Positions 19,937-29,621 of a stretch of 64,000 nucleotides of DNA are shown here, in pieces (within the stretch, counting starts at the first letter, position 1; every line of letters begins with the position of its first letter). The stretch is taken from assembly GCA_965208575.1 (NCBI GenBank), contig CBDBOV010000004.1, forward strand, positions 704,001 through 768,000, given 5' to 3'. Both the position numbers and the translations under genes were made by a program. Below the pieces are notes generated by a model. That model worked only from the letters and a program-made list of their open reading frames with translations. It was not told where the DNA came from and did not search any database. The DNA is from Spirochaetia bacterium. Lineage in GTDB: Bacteria > Spirochaetota > Spirochaetia > SZUA-6 > Bin103.

Positions 19937-21757
19937 CTATACCGCGGTGACCGGAGCTTCGCCGCGCTGGCGTTGGAACACCTTCATCAGCTTCTCGAAG
20001 AACTGCTTGCGGTCCGCCTCGGTCACCACTTGCGACGAGAACCAGCGCGTCCAGCTCAGCGCGTCGGCCAGGTGGCCGAGCGCCTCGGCCGTGCCGATGC
20101 GGCGCAACTGCTCGCCGGCGAACGCTGCCACGTAGGGCTCCTGGTCGTTGACCGCGCGCGCGAGCGCGGCCGTCGCCTCCGGAGTCCGCGCGTCGATGCG
20201 GATCAACGCCTGTACCGCCACGTTGCGCAACTGCGAGCGGGTAATGCCGACCTCGAACAACGGTTCGCCGCCATCCTCGCTGTCGAGCACCGGTATCAGC
20301 GCGTCGATAATCGGCGCCGGCGGCGTGCCGATCATGCCGAGCGCGGAGATGGCGTGAAACCGTACCGGAGCGGTGTCTTCGCGCACCGCCGCGATCAGGG
20401 TGTCCACCGCGCCGGCGGCCGCCGCTCCCATCTCGCCGAGGCCGTAAGCGGCGCTCGCGCGCACGTGCTCGGCGGGGTCGCCGAGCGCCGCCATCAGCGG
20501 CGCGACCGCGGGGGCTCCGATGGTGGCCAACGCGTCGGCTGCGTGGTTGATGTTGAGCACCTGGTTGCGATCGAAGTAGTCGGCGCCCTCCTGCAGCATC
20601 GGCAGCAGGTGCGCAATGGCTGCCGCGCCGGCGGCGCCGAGCGCGTACAGGGCGTTCAGCCGCACCGGCTCGAAGGTGTCGCGCAGCGCGCCGCACAGCG
20701 GCTCCGCCACGGTCTCGGCAACCCGCTCGTCACGCGCGGCCGCAAAGCCGAGCGCGTTCGCCGCGTCTGCGCGCCCGAGGTCGTCGCCCGAAGCGAGCTC
20801 CGCGAGTTGCTCCTCCACCGCACCGGAGTCCGCGCCGGAGCCGCGCGCGAAGCGGTCCGCGCTGCCGCGCAGCCAGTTCCAGATCGAGCTCCATACAATC
20901 TCGTTGTCGGGAGCGTTGTCGGGCAGCGCGGGTGTCTGCCAGTGCACGGTGGTAGAATTCCAGCTCGGAGCGCTCGGGTTGCGGGTGCGCATGAACACGA
21001 ACTTGTGGCCGTAACGCATCCGTTCCATCAGGTTGGCGAGCACCGAGTGGCCGACGTCGAAGTGCATGATCGACACCGTGCCCATCGGGCAGGACAACGG
21101 CAGCAGCTCGCGGTACACGTAGCTGTCCGGCAGCAGCAGCGAGCCGCCGGACCCGGTCTCGGGAACGGGAATCTTCGAGTCCTTGTTGGGGAATTGCAGG
21201 TCCATGTCGTGCGTGAGCACGTTGTGGTACTGGGAGCGCGGAATCACCGCGGTCGGCCCCTGGTCCTGCGGGCAATCCTGCGGATAGTAGAAGATGATCG
21301 CCCAGCGCGGCACGCGATGGCGCGGCTTGGCGCCGTTGGCGTGGCCGTCCTTGTGCGGGATCATGGTCAGCCGCGGCCCGGCATCGTCATCGGCCCCATC
21401 CGCGCCGTTGCCGGTGCCGGAGCCGTTGCCGTTGCCGCCGACCGGGTAGTTGGGGTGGCAATGCCGATGCGGGTGCAGCAGGTAGTCGGGACCGAGGATG
21501 CTGGTCAGCGCGCCGACCACCTCCGGCGCTTCGAGTACTTGGCGCAGCTCGGGAATCATCGGTACGATGTTGTTCTGTGGATTGCGGTCGAAATCCTTGC
21601 GCGGGTCGCTGGTGCCCGCGAACAGGCCTTCTGAGCGGTTGAAAATCGCTTCATGGACCGCGGCCGGCAGGTGGGTCTGCACCTGCACGTAACCATCCAC
21701 GATGAAGCCGCGCATCTGCTCATCGGTCAGGAGAAAGCGGGGATCGATCTTGTTCAT
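19937..21757 (-). CDS. Phytanoyl-CoA dioxygenase-like domain fused to HEAT repeats
   Basis: LTDEQMRGFIVDGY, HKD, YYPQD...GPT; C-terminal PBS/HEAT repeats (VRASAAYGLGEMG). Confidence 0.8.
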   Translation of the reverse strand: MNKIDPRFLLTDEQMRGFIVDGYVQVQTHLPAAVHEAIFNRSEGLFAGTSDPRKDFDRNPQNNIVPMIPELRQVLEAPEVVGALTSILGPDYLLHPHRHCHPNYPVGGNGNGSGTGNGADGADDDAGPRLTMIPHKDGHANGAKPRHRVPRWAIIFYYPQDCPQDQGPTAVIPRSQYHNVLTHDMDLQFPNKDSKIPVPETGSGGSLLLPDSYVYRELLPLSCPMGTVSIMHFDVGHSVLANLMERMRYGHKFVFMRTRNPSAPSWNSTTVHWQTPALPDNAPDNEIVWSSIWNWLRGSADRFARGSGADSGAVEEQLAELASGDDLGRADAANALGFAAARDERVAETVAEPLCGALRDTFEPVRLNALYALGAAGAAAIAHLLPMLQEGADYFDRNQVLNINHAADALATIGAPAVAPLMAALGDPAEHVRASAAYGLGEMGAAAAGAVDTLIAAVREDTAPVRFHAISALGMIGTPPAPIIDALIPVLDSEDGGEPLFEVGITRSQLRNVAVQALIRIDARTPEATAALARAVNDQEPYVAAFAGEQLRRIGTAEALGHLADALSWTRWFSSQVVTEADRKQFFEKLMKVFQRQRGEAPVTAV

Positions 21758-21843
21758 GGCACCACCGAGGATAGCAAATCACCGGCGGTTGCGGCGACCG
21801 GCGCCCACGCGGGCGCGCAACCGGCACCACGGAGAGAAATGAC

Positions 21844-22860
21844 ATGGAAACCCGCATCTACGTTGCCCGCCAACTGCGCAACCCCGAGTTCGCTTCCGCC
21901 GCCCGCTCCGTGGGATTGCAGCAGCTCGCCACGCTGGCCAGGGTCGAGGATCAGCCGCCCGCGCTGACCGCCGAGCACGCCGCCGGCGTGGTGGCGGTGA
22001 TCGCCGACTCGGCGCCGTTTCATGAGGGCTTCTACGCCGCGGCCGACGAGTTGCGCGTGGTGGCGCGCTGGGGCGTCGGCTTCGACCAGGTGAACGTGGC
22101 CGCGGCCACCCGCCACGGCGTGCTGATCACCGTTACCCCCGTGCACATGGACACGGTCGCGGAGTACACCATCGGGCAGTGGCTGGCGACCATGAAACGC
22201 ACCTACACGCTGAATCGCAACGCGCATGCCGACGACACCCGCGTGCTGCGCTGCTACGACGTGCGCGGCTCCACGCTCGGCCTGTACGGATTCGGGCGCA
22301 TCGGCCAGGAGGTGGCGCAGCGCGCGCTGCCGCTGCTCGGTCCCGGCGGCCGCCTGCTGGTGTACGACACCCGCCCCGACATCGAGGAGCTGGCGCTGCG
22401 CTGCGGAGTGGTGGCGGTATCTGCCCCGGAGGCGTTGTTTCGCGTCTGCGACACGGTGTCGCTGCACGTTTCCGGAGACGCCACCATCGTCGGCGCGGAC
22501 CTGCTGGCACAGATGCAGCCGCACGCATCGCTGATCAATCCGTCGCGCGGCAACCTGGTCGACGACGCCGCCGTGCACGCGGCGATCGAGGACGGCACGC
22601 TGTACTACTACGTGGTCGACGATCCGCTGAACGGCTCGCGCGCCATCCATCACCATCATCCGCGCATCATCGCCACCAACCACAGCGCCGGCATCACCGT
22701 CGAGTCCTCGGCCCGCCTCGACCGGGCGACCTTCGACCAGGTGAGCGCGGCCGTTGCCGGGCGCCGCCCGGCGCACATTCTCAACCCGAAGGCGCTCGAC
22801 CATCCGCGCGTCGCAGGCTGGCTCGCCGCCACCGGTTCACCCGACACCGAACAGGAGTAA
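21844..22860 (+). CDS. D-isomer-specific 2-hydroxyacid dehydrogenase family protein
   Basis: RWGVGFDQV, GLYGFGRIG, LINPSRG, HSAG. Confidence 0.88.
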   Translation: METRIYVARQLRNPEFASAARSVGLQQLATLARVEDQPPALTAEHAAGVVAVIADSAPFHEGFYAAADELRVVARWGVGFDQVNVAAATRHGVLITVTPVHMDTVAEYTIGQWLATMKRTYTLNRNAHADDTRVLRCYDVRGSTLGLYGFGRIGQEVAQRALPLLGPGGRLLVYDTRPDIEELALRCGVVAVSAPEALFRVCDTVSLHVSGDATIVGADLLAQMQPHASLINPSRGNLVDDAAVHAAIEDGTLYYYVVDDPLNGSRAIHHHHPRIIATNHSAGITVESSARLDRATFDQVSAAVAGRRPAHILNPKALDHPRVAGWLAATGSPDTEQE

Positions 22861-22864
22861 CCCC

Positions 22865-24166
22865 ATGATCACCATCACCGGGCTGGACGCCCGCGACATC
22901 CGCTTTCCCACCTCCGACAACCTGGACGGATCCGACGCCGTACACACCGATCCCGACTATTCGGCTGCCTACGTGACCCTGCGCACCAGCCGGGAAGGCC
23001 TGGAGGGGCACGGCATCACGTTCACGCTCGGCCGCGGCACCGAGATCTGCATCACCGCCATCCACGCCCTGCAGCACCTGGTAGTGGGCCGGCGCATGGA
23101 GGAGATCGCCGCCGACATGGGCGGCTTCTGGCGCACCCTCACCAACGACAGCCAACTGCGCTGGATCGGCCCCGAGAAGGGGGCGATCCACATGGCCACC
23201 GCCGCCATCGTCAACGCGGTGTGGGACCTGTACGCCAAGTGGCAGGGCAAGCCGTTGTGGCGCCTGCTGGCGGAGATGAGTCCGGAGGAACTGGTCGCGT
23301 GCGTGGACTTCCGCTACCTGAGCGAGGCGTTGACGCGCGCCGAAGCGCTCGACCTGCTGCGCCGTCACGCCCCCGGCAAGGCGCAGCGCACGGCACAGTT
23401 GCGCGAAATCGGGCTGCCCACCTACACCTCTTCGGCGGGCTGGCTCGGCTACAGCGAGAGCAAGGTTCGCGCCCTGTGCCGGGAGTACCGCGCCGCCGGC
23501 TGGCGCGCCTTCAAGATGAAGGTGGGCTCGGACGACGAACAGAACGTGGCCCGCGCGGCGGTGCTGCGCGAGGAGATCGGACCCGACTGCCACCTCATGA
23601 TGGACGCCAACCAGGTATGGGACGTGCCCGAGGCAATCGCCCACATGGAGCCGCTGGCGCGGTTCGACCCGTTGTGGATCGAGGAGCCCACCAACCCCGA
23701 CGATGCCATCGGGCATGGCGCCATTGCCAGGGCGATCGCGCCGATCGGCGTGGCGACCGGCGAGCACTGTCCCAACCGGGTGGTGTTCAAGCAGCTCATG
23801 CAGGCCGGCGGCCTCGCCTTCTGCCAGATCGACGCCTGCCGGCTCGGCGGCGTGAACGAGGTGCTGGCCGTGCTGCTGCTGGCCGCCCGTTTCGGCATCC
23901 CGGTGTGCCCGCATGCCGGCGGCGTCGGGCTGTGCGAGTACGTGCAGCACCTGTCGGCGTTCAACTACGTGGCGGTGGCGCCGAGCCTGGATGGCGTGAT
24001 GATCGAGTACTCCGACCACCTGCACGAGCACTTCATCCACCCGGTAGTGGTGCGCAACGCCCGCTACCTGCTGCCCGAGGCGCCCGGCTACAGCATCACC
24101 ATGAAGGGCGAATCGCTTGCGCGCTACCAGTTCCCGACCGGCGCGGAGTGGGTGCGGCGCCGATAG
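22865..24166 (+). CDS. L-fuconate dehydratase-like enolase-superfamily enzyme
   Basis: DIRFPTS..LDGSDA..DPDYS, LRWIGPEKG, KMKVG, MDANQ, WIEEP, ATGEH, PHAGGVGL. Confidence 0.92.
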   Translation: MITITGLDARDIRFPTSDNLDGSDAVHTDPDYSAAYVTLRTSREGLEGHGITFTLGRGTEICITAIHALQHLVVGRRMEEIAADMGGFWRTLTNDSQLRWIGPEKGAIHMATAAIVNAVWDLYAKWQGKPLWRLLAEMSPEELVACVDFRYLSEALTRAEALDLLRRHAPGKAQRTAQLREIGLPTYTSSAGWLGYSESKVRALCREYRAAGWRAFKMKVGSDDEQNVARAAVLREEIGPDCHLMMDANQVWDVPEAIAHMEPLARFDPLWIEEPTNPDDAIGHGAIARAIAPIGVATGEHCPNRVVFKQLMQAGGLAFCQIDACRLGGVNEVLAVLLLAARFGIPVCPHAGGVGLCEYVQHLSAFNYVAVAPSLDGVMIEYSDHLHEHFIHPVVVRNARYLLPEAPGYSITMKGESLARYQFPTGAEWVRRR

Positions 24167-24198
24167 CTGACGCGGCCCGGAACGCGGGAGTCACCGGG

Positions 24199-24957
24199 TC
24201 AGGCGGTAAACAGCGACCCGCGCACGCAGCGCGCCTCGTCGGATGCCAGGAAGGCGAACACCGGCGCGACTGCGTCTGCCGGAACCAGGCCGCGCATCTC
24301 GCGCTCGAACGCGGCCCGGTCGCCGTCGTGTGCCAACACCGCGCGCAACTGCGCCTCCTTGAGCGGCGTCTCGACCGAGCCCGGACACACGTCGTGCACG
24401 CGGATGCCGTGCGGCGCCAGCCGTTGCGCCAGCACCAGGCTCAGGCCGTGCGTCGCCCCCTTGCTCGAACCGTAGGCGAAGGATGAGCTGCCGCCGGTGA
24501 CGCCCGCTCCCGAGCTGCACAGCACGATGACGCCGGACCCGGCGGCGATCATCGGCTCGGCAACCTGCTTGCTGACCAGGTAGGATCCCTTCAGATTGAC
24601 GTCGATCACTTCGTCCCACACCGCGTCCGGGAACGACGGCAACGCCACCGCGGCACCCTGCAGGATGCCGGCCAGGTGCAGCAGCACGTCGACGCCGCCG
24701 CCGAACCAGTCCAGCGCCTGACCCACCGCGGCCGCGACCTGTCCGCCGTCGCGTACGTCGGCATGCCAGAAGCGGGCGCGGCCGCCCGACCGGCATATCT
24801 CGTCGACGATCGACCGGCCGCCGCCGTCGTTGATGTCCAGCGCCGCCACCCGGGCGCCCTCGGCCGCCGTCAGCCGCGCGGTGGCGCGGCCGATTCCGGT
24901 AGCCGCGCCGGTTACGATGATCCTCTTGTCCGCAAGACGCACGGTTAACCCTGACAC
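24199..24957 (-). CDS. SDR-family oxidoreductase
   Basis: TGAATGIG, YGSSK, PG motif; start approximate. Confidence 0.9.
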   Translation of the reverse strand: MSGLTVRLADKRIIVTGAATGIGRATARLTAAEGARVAALDINDGGGRSIVDEICRSGGRARFWHADVRDGGQVAAAVGQALDWFGGGVDVLLHLAGILQGAAVALPSFPDAVWDEVIDVNLKGSYLVSKQVAEPMIAAGSGVIVLCSSGAGVTGGSSSFAYGSSKGATHGLSLVLAQRLAPHGIRVHDVCPGSVETPLKEAQLRAVLAHDGDRAAFEREMRGLVPADAVAPVFAFLASDEARCVRGSLFTA

Positions 24958-25039
24958 GTTTGCGCGGCGCTCAACCAGCCCCGCCCGGCAGCGCGCCGGC
25001 GACCGGCACGGCGGCGGGCAAGCGGTGTAGGATGGCGCC

Positions 25040-25969
25040 ATGCGCCTCGGGCTGTTCCTGATCCTGCCGCAACCGCCGGGCATGTCGCAGCAGCAGGTGT
25101 TCGCGGCGGCCCTCGATGACGCGGTCGCGGCGGAGCGGCTGGGGTTCGACAGTGTCTGGGTCACCGAACATCACGGCTCCGGTTACGGCCTCAGCGCCGC
25201 CCCGTCGGTGGTTGCCGGGGCCATCGCCGCCCGCACCTCGCGCGTGGACATCGGCTACGCGGTAAACGTGACGCCGCTGCACGCGCCGGTGCGGCTGGCC
25301 GAAGAGATCGCCACCGTGGACCAGATTTCCGGCGGCCGGGTGATCGCCGGCTTCGGTCCGGGATACTCGCCGGCCGAGTTCCGGACCATGGGGGCCGACT
25401 TCGCGTCGCGCCACCGCGCGCATCGCACCGCCGTCGCCGCGGTGATCGACCAGTGGCGCTGCGGCGGCGGCGTGCGCCCGCGCCAGGCCCCGCATCCACC
25501 GGTCGCGGTAACCGGCGCCGTACCTGAAGCGGCCTCGTGGGCGGCGCGGCGCGGCTTCGACCTGCTCACCCTTGGCGACGAGCAGCACACTGCGCGCCTG
25601 CTGCGCGCCTATCGCCCCGACGCGGCGCCGGACGCCGGCAGCAGCCGGACTGGACGCTTCTGCCTGCTGCGCAGCATGTGCGCCGTCGCGCAGGACGGCG
25701 AAGCCGCGCCGCCGCCGGTGCGCGAGGCGATCCGGTGGACGCTCGCTCACCGCCAGCGGATGGTGGAACAGCCGCCGCCGACCGAGGTGCAGGTCGACGA
25801 ATACCTGCGCGCGCGGGCAGTGATCGGTACGCCGGGGGCGCTGCAGAGCCACGTGCGGCGCCTGGCGGCCGCCGGTATCGACGAGTTGCTGTGCTGGTGC
25901 CGGTGGGGCATGCTCGGCGACCGCACGGTTCGCGCCACCATGCAGGCGCTCGCCGGCGGCGCGGCATAG
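25040..25969 (+). CDS. Luciferase-like (LLM) flavin-dependent monooxygenase
   Basis: GFDSVWVTEHH, PVRLAEEIATVDQISGGR. Confidence 0.88.
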   Translation: MRLGLFLILPQPPGMSQQQVFAAALDDAVAAERLGFDSVWVTEHHGSGYGLSAAPSVVAGAIAARTSRVDIGYAVNVTPLHAPVRLAEEIATVDQISGGRVIAGFGPGYSPAEFRTMGADFASRHRAHRTAVAAVIDQWRCGGGVRPRQAPHPPVAVTGAVPEAASWAARRGFDLLTLGDEQHTARLLRAYRPDAAPDAGSSRTGRFCLLRSMCAVAQDGEAAPPPVREAIRWTLAHRQRMVEQPPPTEVQVDEYLRARAVIGTPGALQSHVRRLAAAGIDELLCWCRWGMLGDRTVRATMQALAGGAA

Positions 25970-26058
25970 CGCGGGATTCCGGCATTCGGCGGCCATCCCT
26001 TGCCATGTACCCAACATGGTGCCACCTTATAGTCGTGCATCGGTTGCCGTTCGCCGTC

Positions 26059-26772
26059 ATGTTCCGGAGCATCGCCGCCCTAGGGCTGGCACTTTCCCTC
26101 TCGACCCTGCTGGGATGCGACCCCGACAGTTGGCGCCCGTTGACCATGGCCCAGCGTGCGGAGCGGCGCCTCGACTTCGTGGTGCATGCCGAAGACAGCG
26201 AGGCGCTGGTGCAGGAGTTCGAGGCGTTTCTGCGCGATCCGCAGCCGCCTCCCCCGGATGACCGCCCCATGACGTGGCGCGACCTGCGCGTGCTGCTGAA
26301 CTCCTGGCGCAATCCGGCCGCGCAGCAGACCGACAGCGACTTCCGGCTGTCCCTGCAGCGCACCGAAGAAAAGGGCGCCGAGACGGTGATCAAACCGGTG
26401 CGCGGCGATCAATTTCCGATCAAGGTGCTCTACTTCCGCGACGAGACGTTCTTCCTGCTCGACCAGGTGCAGGAACGCCACATCCTGTTCCGCTGCCTGT
26501 TGCCCGACGGGGAAGTGATTGCCGCCGGCTCGCGCCTGCCGTGGAACCCGCGCATCAACAGTTCCAATGACGAGGTGGAGACGACCATTCGGGTGTATGC
26601 GTTCTGGGGGTTCGACAGCCCCGACCGCAGCACCAGGATGAACCGCCAGCACCTCGCCGACTGCCTGGAACTGTTTTCCGACAGCAGCCAACGCCTGCGC
26701 CGCAAGATCGGCGAGAACGAGGTGGAGCGGGTGCAGCAGGTGCACGACCTGTTTTTCCAGGTCACGCGCTGA
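26059..26772 (+). CDS. Hypothetical lipoprotein
   Basis: MFRSIAALGLALSLSTLLGC lipobox-like N-terminus; coding-like codon bias. Confidence 0.65.
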   Translation: MFRSIAALGLALSLSTLLGCDPDSWRPLTMAQRAERRLDFVVHAEDSEALVQEFEAFLRDPQPPPPDDRPMTWRDLRVLLNSWRNPAAQQTDSDFRLSLQRTEEKGAETVIKPVRGDQFPIKVLYFRDETFFLLDQVQERHILFRCLLPDGEVIAAGSRLPWNPRINSSNDEVETTIRVYAFWGFDSPDRSTRMNRQHLADCLELFSDSSQRLRRKIGENEVERVQQVHDLFFQVTR

Positions 26773-26791
26773 ACCGGCGGCCGGCAGACAG

Positions 26792-28351
26792 TCAGCAGCC
26801 CATCAGTTCCGCAATCCGTTCGCCGATCGCCATGCAGGTGTAGTTGGTATTGGCGCGCACGCAGTCGGGCATGATCGACGCGTCGGCCACGCGCAGCCCC
26901 GGCACGCCGTATACCCGGCCGTGTGCATCGACCACCGCGGCCCGGTTGTCGGCGGCGCCCATCCGGCAGGTCGATGAACTGTGGTGGCTGGTCGCCACGG
27001 TGCGCATCAGCCAGTCGTCGAGGGCGGCGTCGCTGCGCAGTTCCTCGTCTGTCGGGCTGATGCGGTGCGCCGCCAGCGGGCGGAAGCCGGAATGCTCCAG
27101 CAGGTCGGCCGCGATGCGAACGCCTTCCCGCAGGCGCTCGCGGTCGAACGCTTCGGCCAGGTAATTGTAGTCCAGCACGGGCAACACGGCGGGATCGCCG
27201 GATCGCAGGCAGACGCTGCCGCTGCCGGCGGCCAGGTAGAGCTGCGGCACCACCGAGAACCCCACCGGCGTCGAGGTCGACGGCCGGTAGTGGCCCTCGC
27301 GGGTGGCGAAGCCGGCGATGATGGTCAGCATGTCGTTGCGCAGCGGCGAACCGGCCGCCGTGTAGCTCAGGCCCACCTGGATGCGCGGCTCCGCGCCCGT
27401 TTGCCGGTGCGCCGCGCCGGTGCGCACCACGACGCTGACCTGAGGATGATCGCGCAGGTTGGCGCCCACGCCGGGCAGGTCGTGAGCCGGGCGCACCCCG
27501 GCCGCGCGCAGTGCGTCCGCGGGCCCGATGCCGGAGCGCAGCAGCAGGTGGGGCGAACCGATTGCGCCGCCGCACAGCACCGTCTCGGCACCGAGGATGC
27601 GCTCGCCCGCCGCCGCCACGCCGATCGCCCGGCCCCGGTCGAGGAGCAGCGCATCGACACGGCACTCCGCCCGGATGGCCAGGTTGGGCCGCCCGCGCGC
27701 CGGGGCGAGGTAGCCGAGCGCCGCGCTCCAGCGGATGCCGCCGCGATTGTTCATCGGCAGCGGTCCCACGCCGGCCGCACCGGGTGCGTTGTGGTCCAGG
27801 CACGCGGCGTAGCCGGCCGCCAGGCAGGCATCGCGGAACGCGCGCTGATCGGGAAGCAGCTCCGGGTCCGTGAAGCGGCGCACCGGGATCGGCCCGTCCC
27901 GGCCATGGTAGGAGTCGCCGAAGTCGGGGTCCGCCTCCACGCGCCGCAGGCTCGGCAACAGCTCCTCGAAGCTCCATCCCGGACAGCCGTCGGCGGCCCA
28001 GGAGTCGTAGTCTTCCGGCACGCCGCGCAGAAAGATCTGCGCATTGATGGCGCTCGACCCGCCCACCACCTTGCCGCGCGGTACGAACATGGCGGGCTGA
28101 CGGCTCGTGGCGCGCGCCCGGTAGCCCCAGCCGAACGCGGTATCCAGCCCGAACGCCCGCGCCCACAGGTCGCGGTCGCGCCCGTAGCCGTAGCGGATCT
28201 CGTCCGGCAGCCTCCCGTCGGGGAAGTCGGGGCCCGCCTCCAACAGCAGCACCCGGCGACCGCGATCTTCGCTGAGCCGCGCCGCCAGCACCGCCCCGGA
28301 GGCCCCGGCGCCGACGATGATTACGTCGTAGCCCTCTGTACGCTGTGCCAC
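26792..28351 (-). CDS. GMC-family oxidoreductase (choline dehydrogenase-like)
   Basis: GAGASG, RGKVVGGSSAIN, GVGANLRDHP, GLRVADASIMP, NTN. Confidence 0.92.
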   Translation of the reverse strand: MAQRTEGYDVIIVGAGASGAVLAARLSEDRGRRVLLLEAGPDFPDGRLPDEIRYGYGRDRDLWARAFGLDTAFGWGYRARATSRQPAMFVPRGKVVGGSSAINAQIFLRGVPEDYDSWAADGCPGWSFEELLPSLRRVEADPDFGDSYHGRDGPIPVRRFTDPELLPDQRAFRDACLAAGYAACLDHNAPGAAGVGPLPMNNRGGIRWSAALGYLAPARGRPNLAIRAECRVDALLLDRGRAIGVAAAGERILGAETVLCGGAIGSPHLLLRSGIGPADALRAAGVRPAHDLPGVGANLRDHPQVSVVVRTGAAHRQTGAEPRIQVGLSYTAAGSPLRNDMLTIIAGFATREGHYRPSTSTPVGFSVVPQLYLAAGSGSVCLRSGDPAVLPVLDYNYLAEAFDRERLREGVRIAADLLEHSGFRPLAAHRISPTDEELRSDAALDDWLMRTVATSHHSSSTCRMGAADNRAAVVDAHGRVYGVPGLRVADASIMPDCVRANTNYTCMAIGERIAELMGC

Positions 28352-28526
28352 GCTGCACACGATACACGCAGCGCCGCTGTCGCACCATCTTCGCCGCGCC
28401 GATCATGAGGAGAGGAAACCGGACGCCGCCCGGCCGGCCCGGAGACGCGGTCATTGTCGCTCCGCGGGAGCGGCCCTTATATTCGCGACGCCCTTACCTA
28501 CTCGATTACGGAGCACAACCAGAGTC

Positions 28527-29612
28527 ATGTCCGAAACGATCAGATTGGCAGTCATTCCCGGCGACGGCACCGGCCCCGAGGTCACCGCCGAGGCGTGCAA
28601 GGTGCTGGAGGCGGTCGCCCCCCTGGAGGACGTCGCCTTCGAGCGGGTCGACTTCGACTACGGCGGCGACCGCTACCTGGCCACCGGCGAGGTGATCACC
28701 GAACGGCAGATCGACGAACTGCGCCAGTTCGACGCGATCTACCTGGGAGCCATCGGGCACCCGGAGGTGCAGCCGGGCATCCTGGAGAAGGGCCTGCTGC
28801 TGTCGATTCGCTTTCAACTCGACCAGTACATCAACCTGCGCCCGGTCAAGCTCTATCCCGGCGTCGACTGCCCGCTCAAGGACAAGGGGCCGGAGCACAT
28901 CCGCTTCGACGTGATTCGCGAGAACACCGAGGACCTGTACTGCGGCGCCGGCGGCTTCCTGCGCAAGAACACCGCGCAGGAGATCGCCACCCAGGAGATG
29001 ATCGCCACCCGCTTCGGCGCCGACCGCTGTCTGCGCTGGGCATTCGAGCACTGCCGGCGCCGCGACGACCGCCGGCAGCTCACCCTGGTGCACAAGACCA
29101 ACGTGCTCACCTTCGCCGCCAACCTGTGGGAGCGCGCGTTCCACGAAATGGGCGAAGCGGAATTCCCGGACATCACGCGCGACTACAATCACATCGACGC
29201 CGCCTGCATGTGGTTCGTCAAGAACCCCGAGTTCTACGACACCATCGTGGTGCCCAACATGTTCGGCGACATCATTACCGACATCGGGGCGATGATTCAG
29301 GGCGGGCTCGGCGTATCCGCCGGCGGCAACATCAACCCCGACCCGGGCGGCTGCAGCATGTTCGAGTGCATGGGCGGCTCGGCCCCCAAGTATACCGGCC
29401 AGAACGTGATCAACCCGATCGCCGCCATCGCCGCCATGGGCATGCTGCTGAGCGTGATCGGCGAGCAGAAGGGCCTCGACAACCTGGTGCGCGCCGGGCA
29501 GCGGGTGGATGCCGCCATCGGCCAGACCACGCCCAGGATGAGCAGCATGTCCGCCGGCCGGATGGGCCACTCCACCAGCGCGGTCGGAGACCTGGTAGCA
29601 GAGTCGCTGTAA
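28527..29612 (+). CDS. leuB: 3-isopropylmalate dehydrogenase
   Basis: PGDGTGPEV, NLRP, RENTE, HKTNV, NMFGDIITD, GGSAP; Mycobacterium-type LeuB pattern. Confidence 0.85.
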   Translation: MSETIRLAVIPGDGTGPEVTAEACKVLEAVAPLEDVAFERVDFDYGGDRYLATGEVITERQIDELRQFDAIYLGAIGHPEVQPGILEKGLLLSIRFQLDQYINLRPVKLYPGVDCPLKDKGPEHIRFDVIRENTEDLYCGAGGFLRKNTAQEIATQEMIATRFGADRCLRWAFEHCRRRDDRRQLTLVHKTNVLTFAANLWERAFHEMGEAEFPDITRDYNHIDAACMWFVKNPEFYDTIVVPNMFGDIITDIGAMIQGGLGVSAGGNINPDPGGCSMFECMGGSAPKYTGQNVINPIAAIAAMGMLLSVIGEQKGLDNLVRAGQRVDAAIGQTTPRMSSMSAGRMGHSTSAVGDLVAESL

Positions 29613-29621
29613 CCGGGTATC

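Noticed and set aside
28380-28526. Leucine attenuator leader before leuB
   Set aside because: No Leu-codon-rich leader peptide or terminator is visible.
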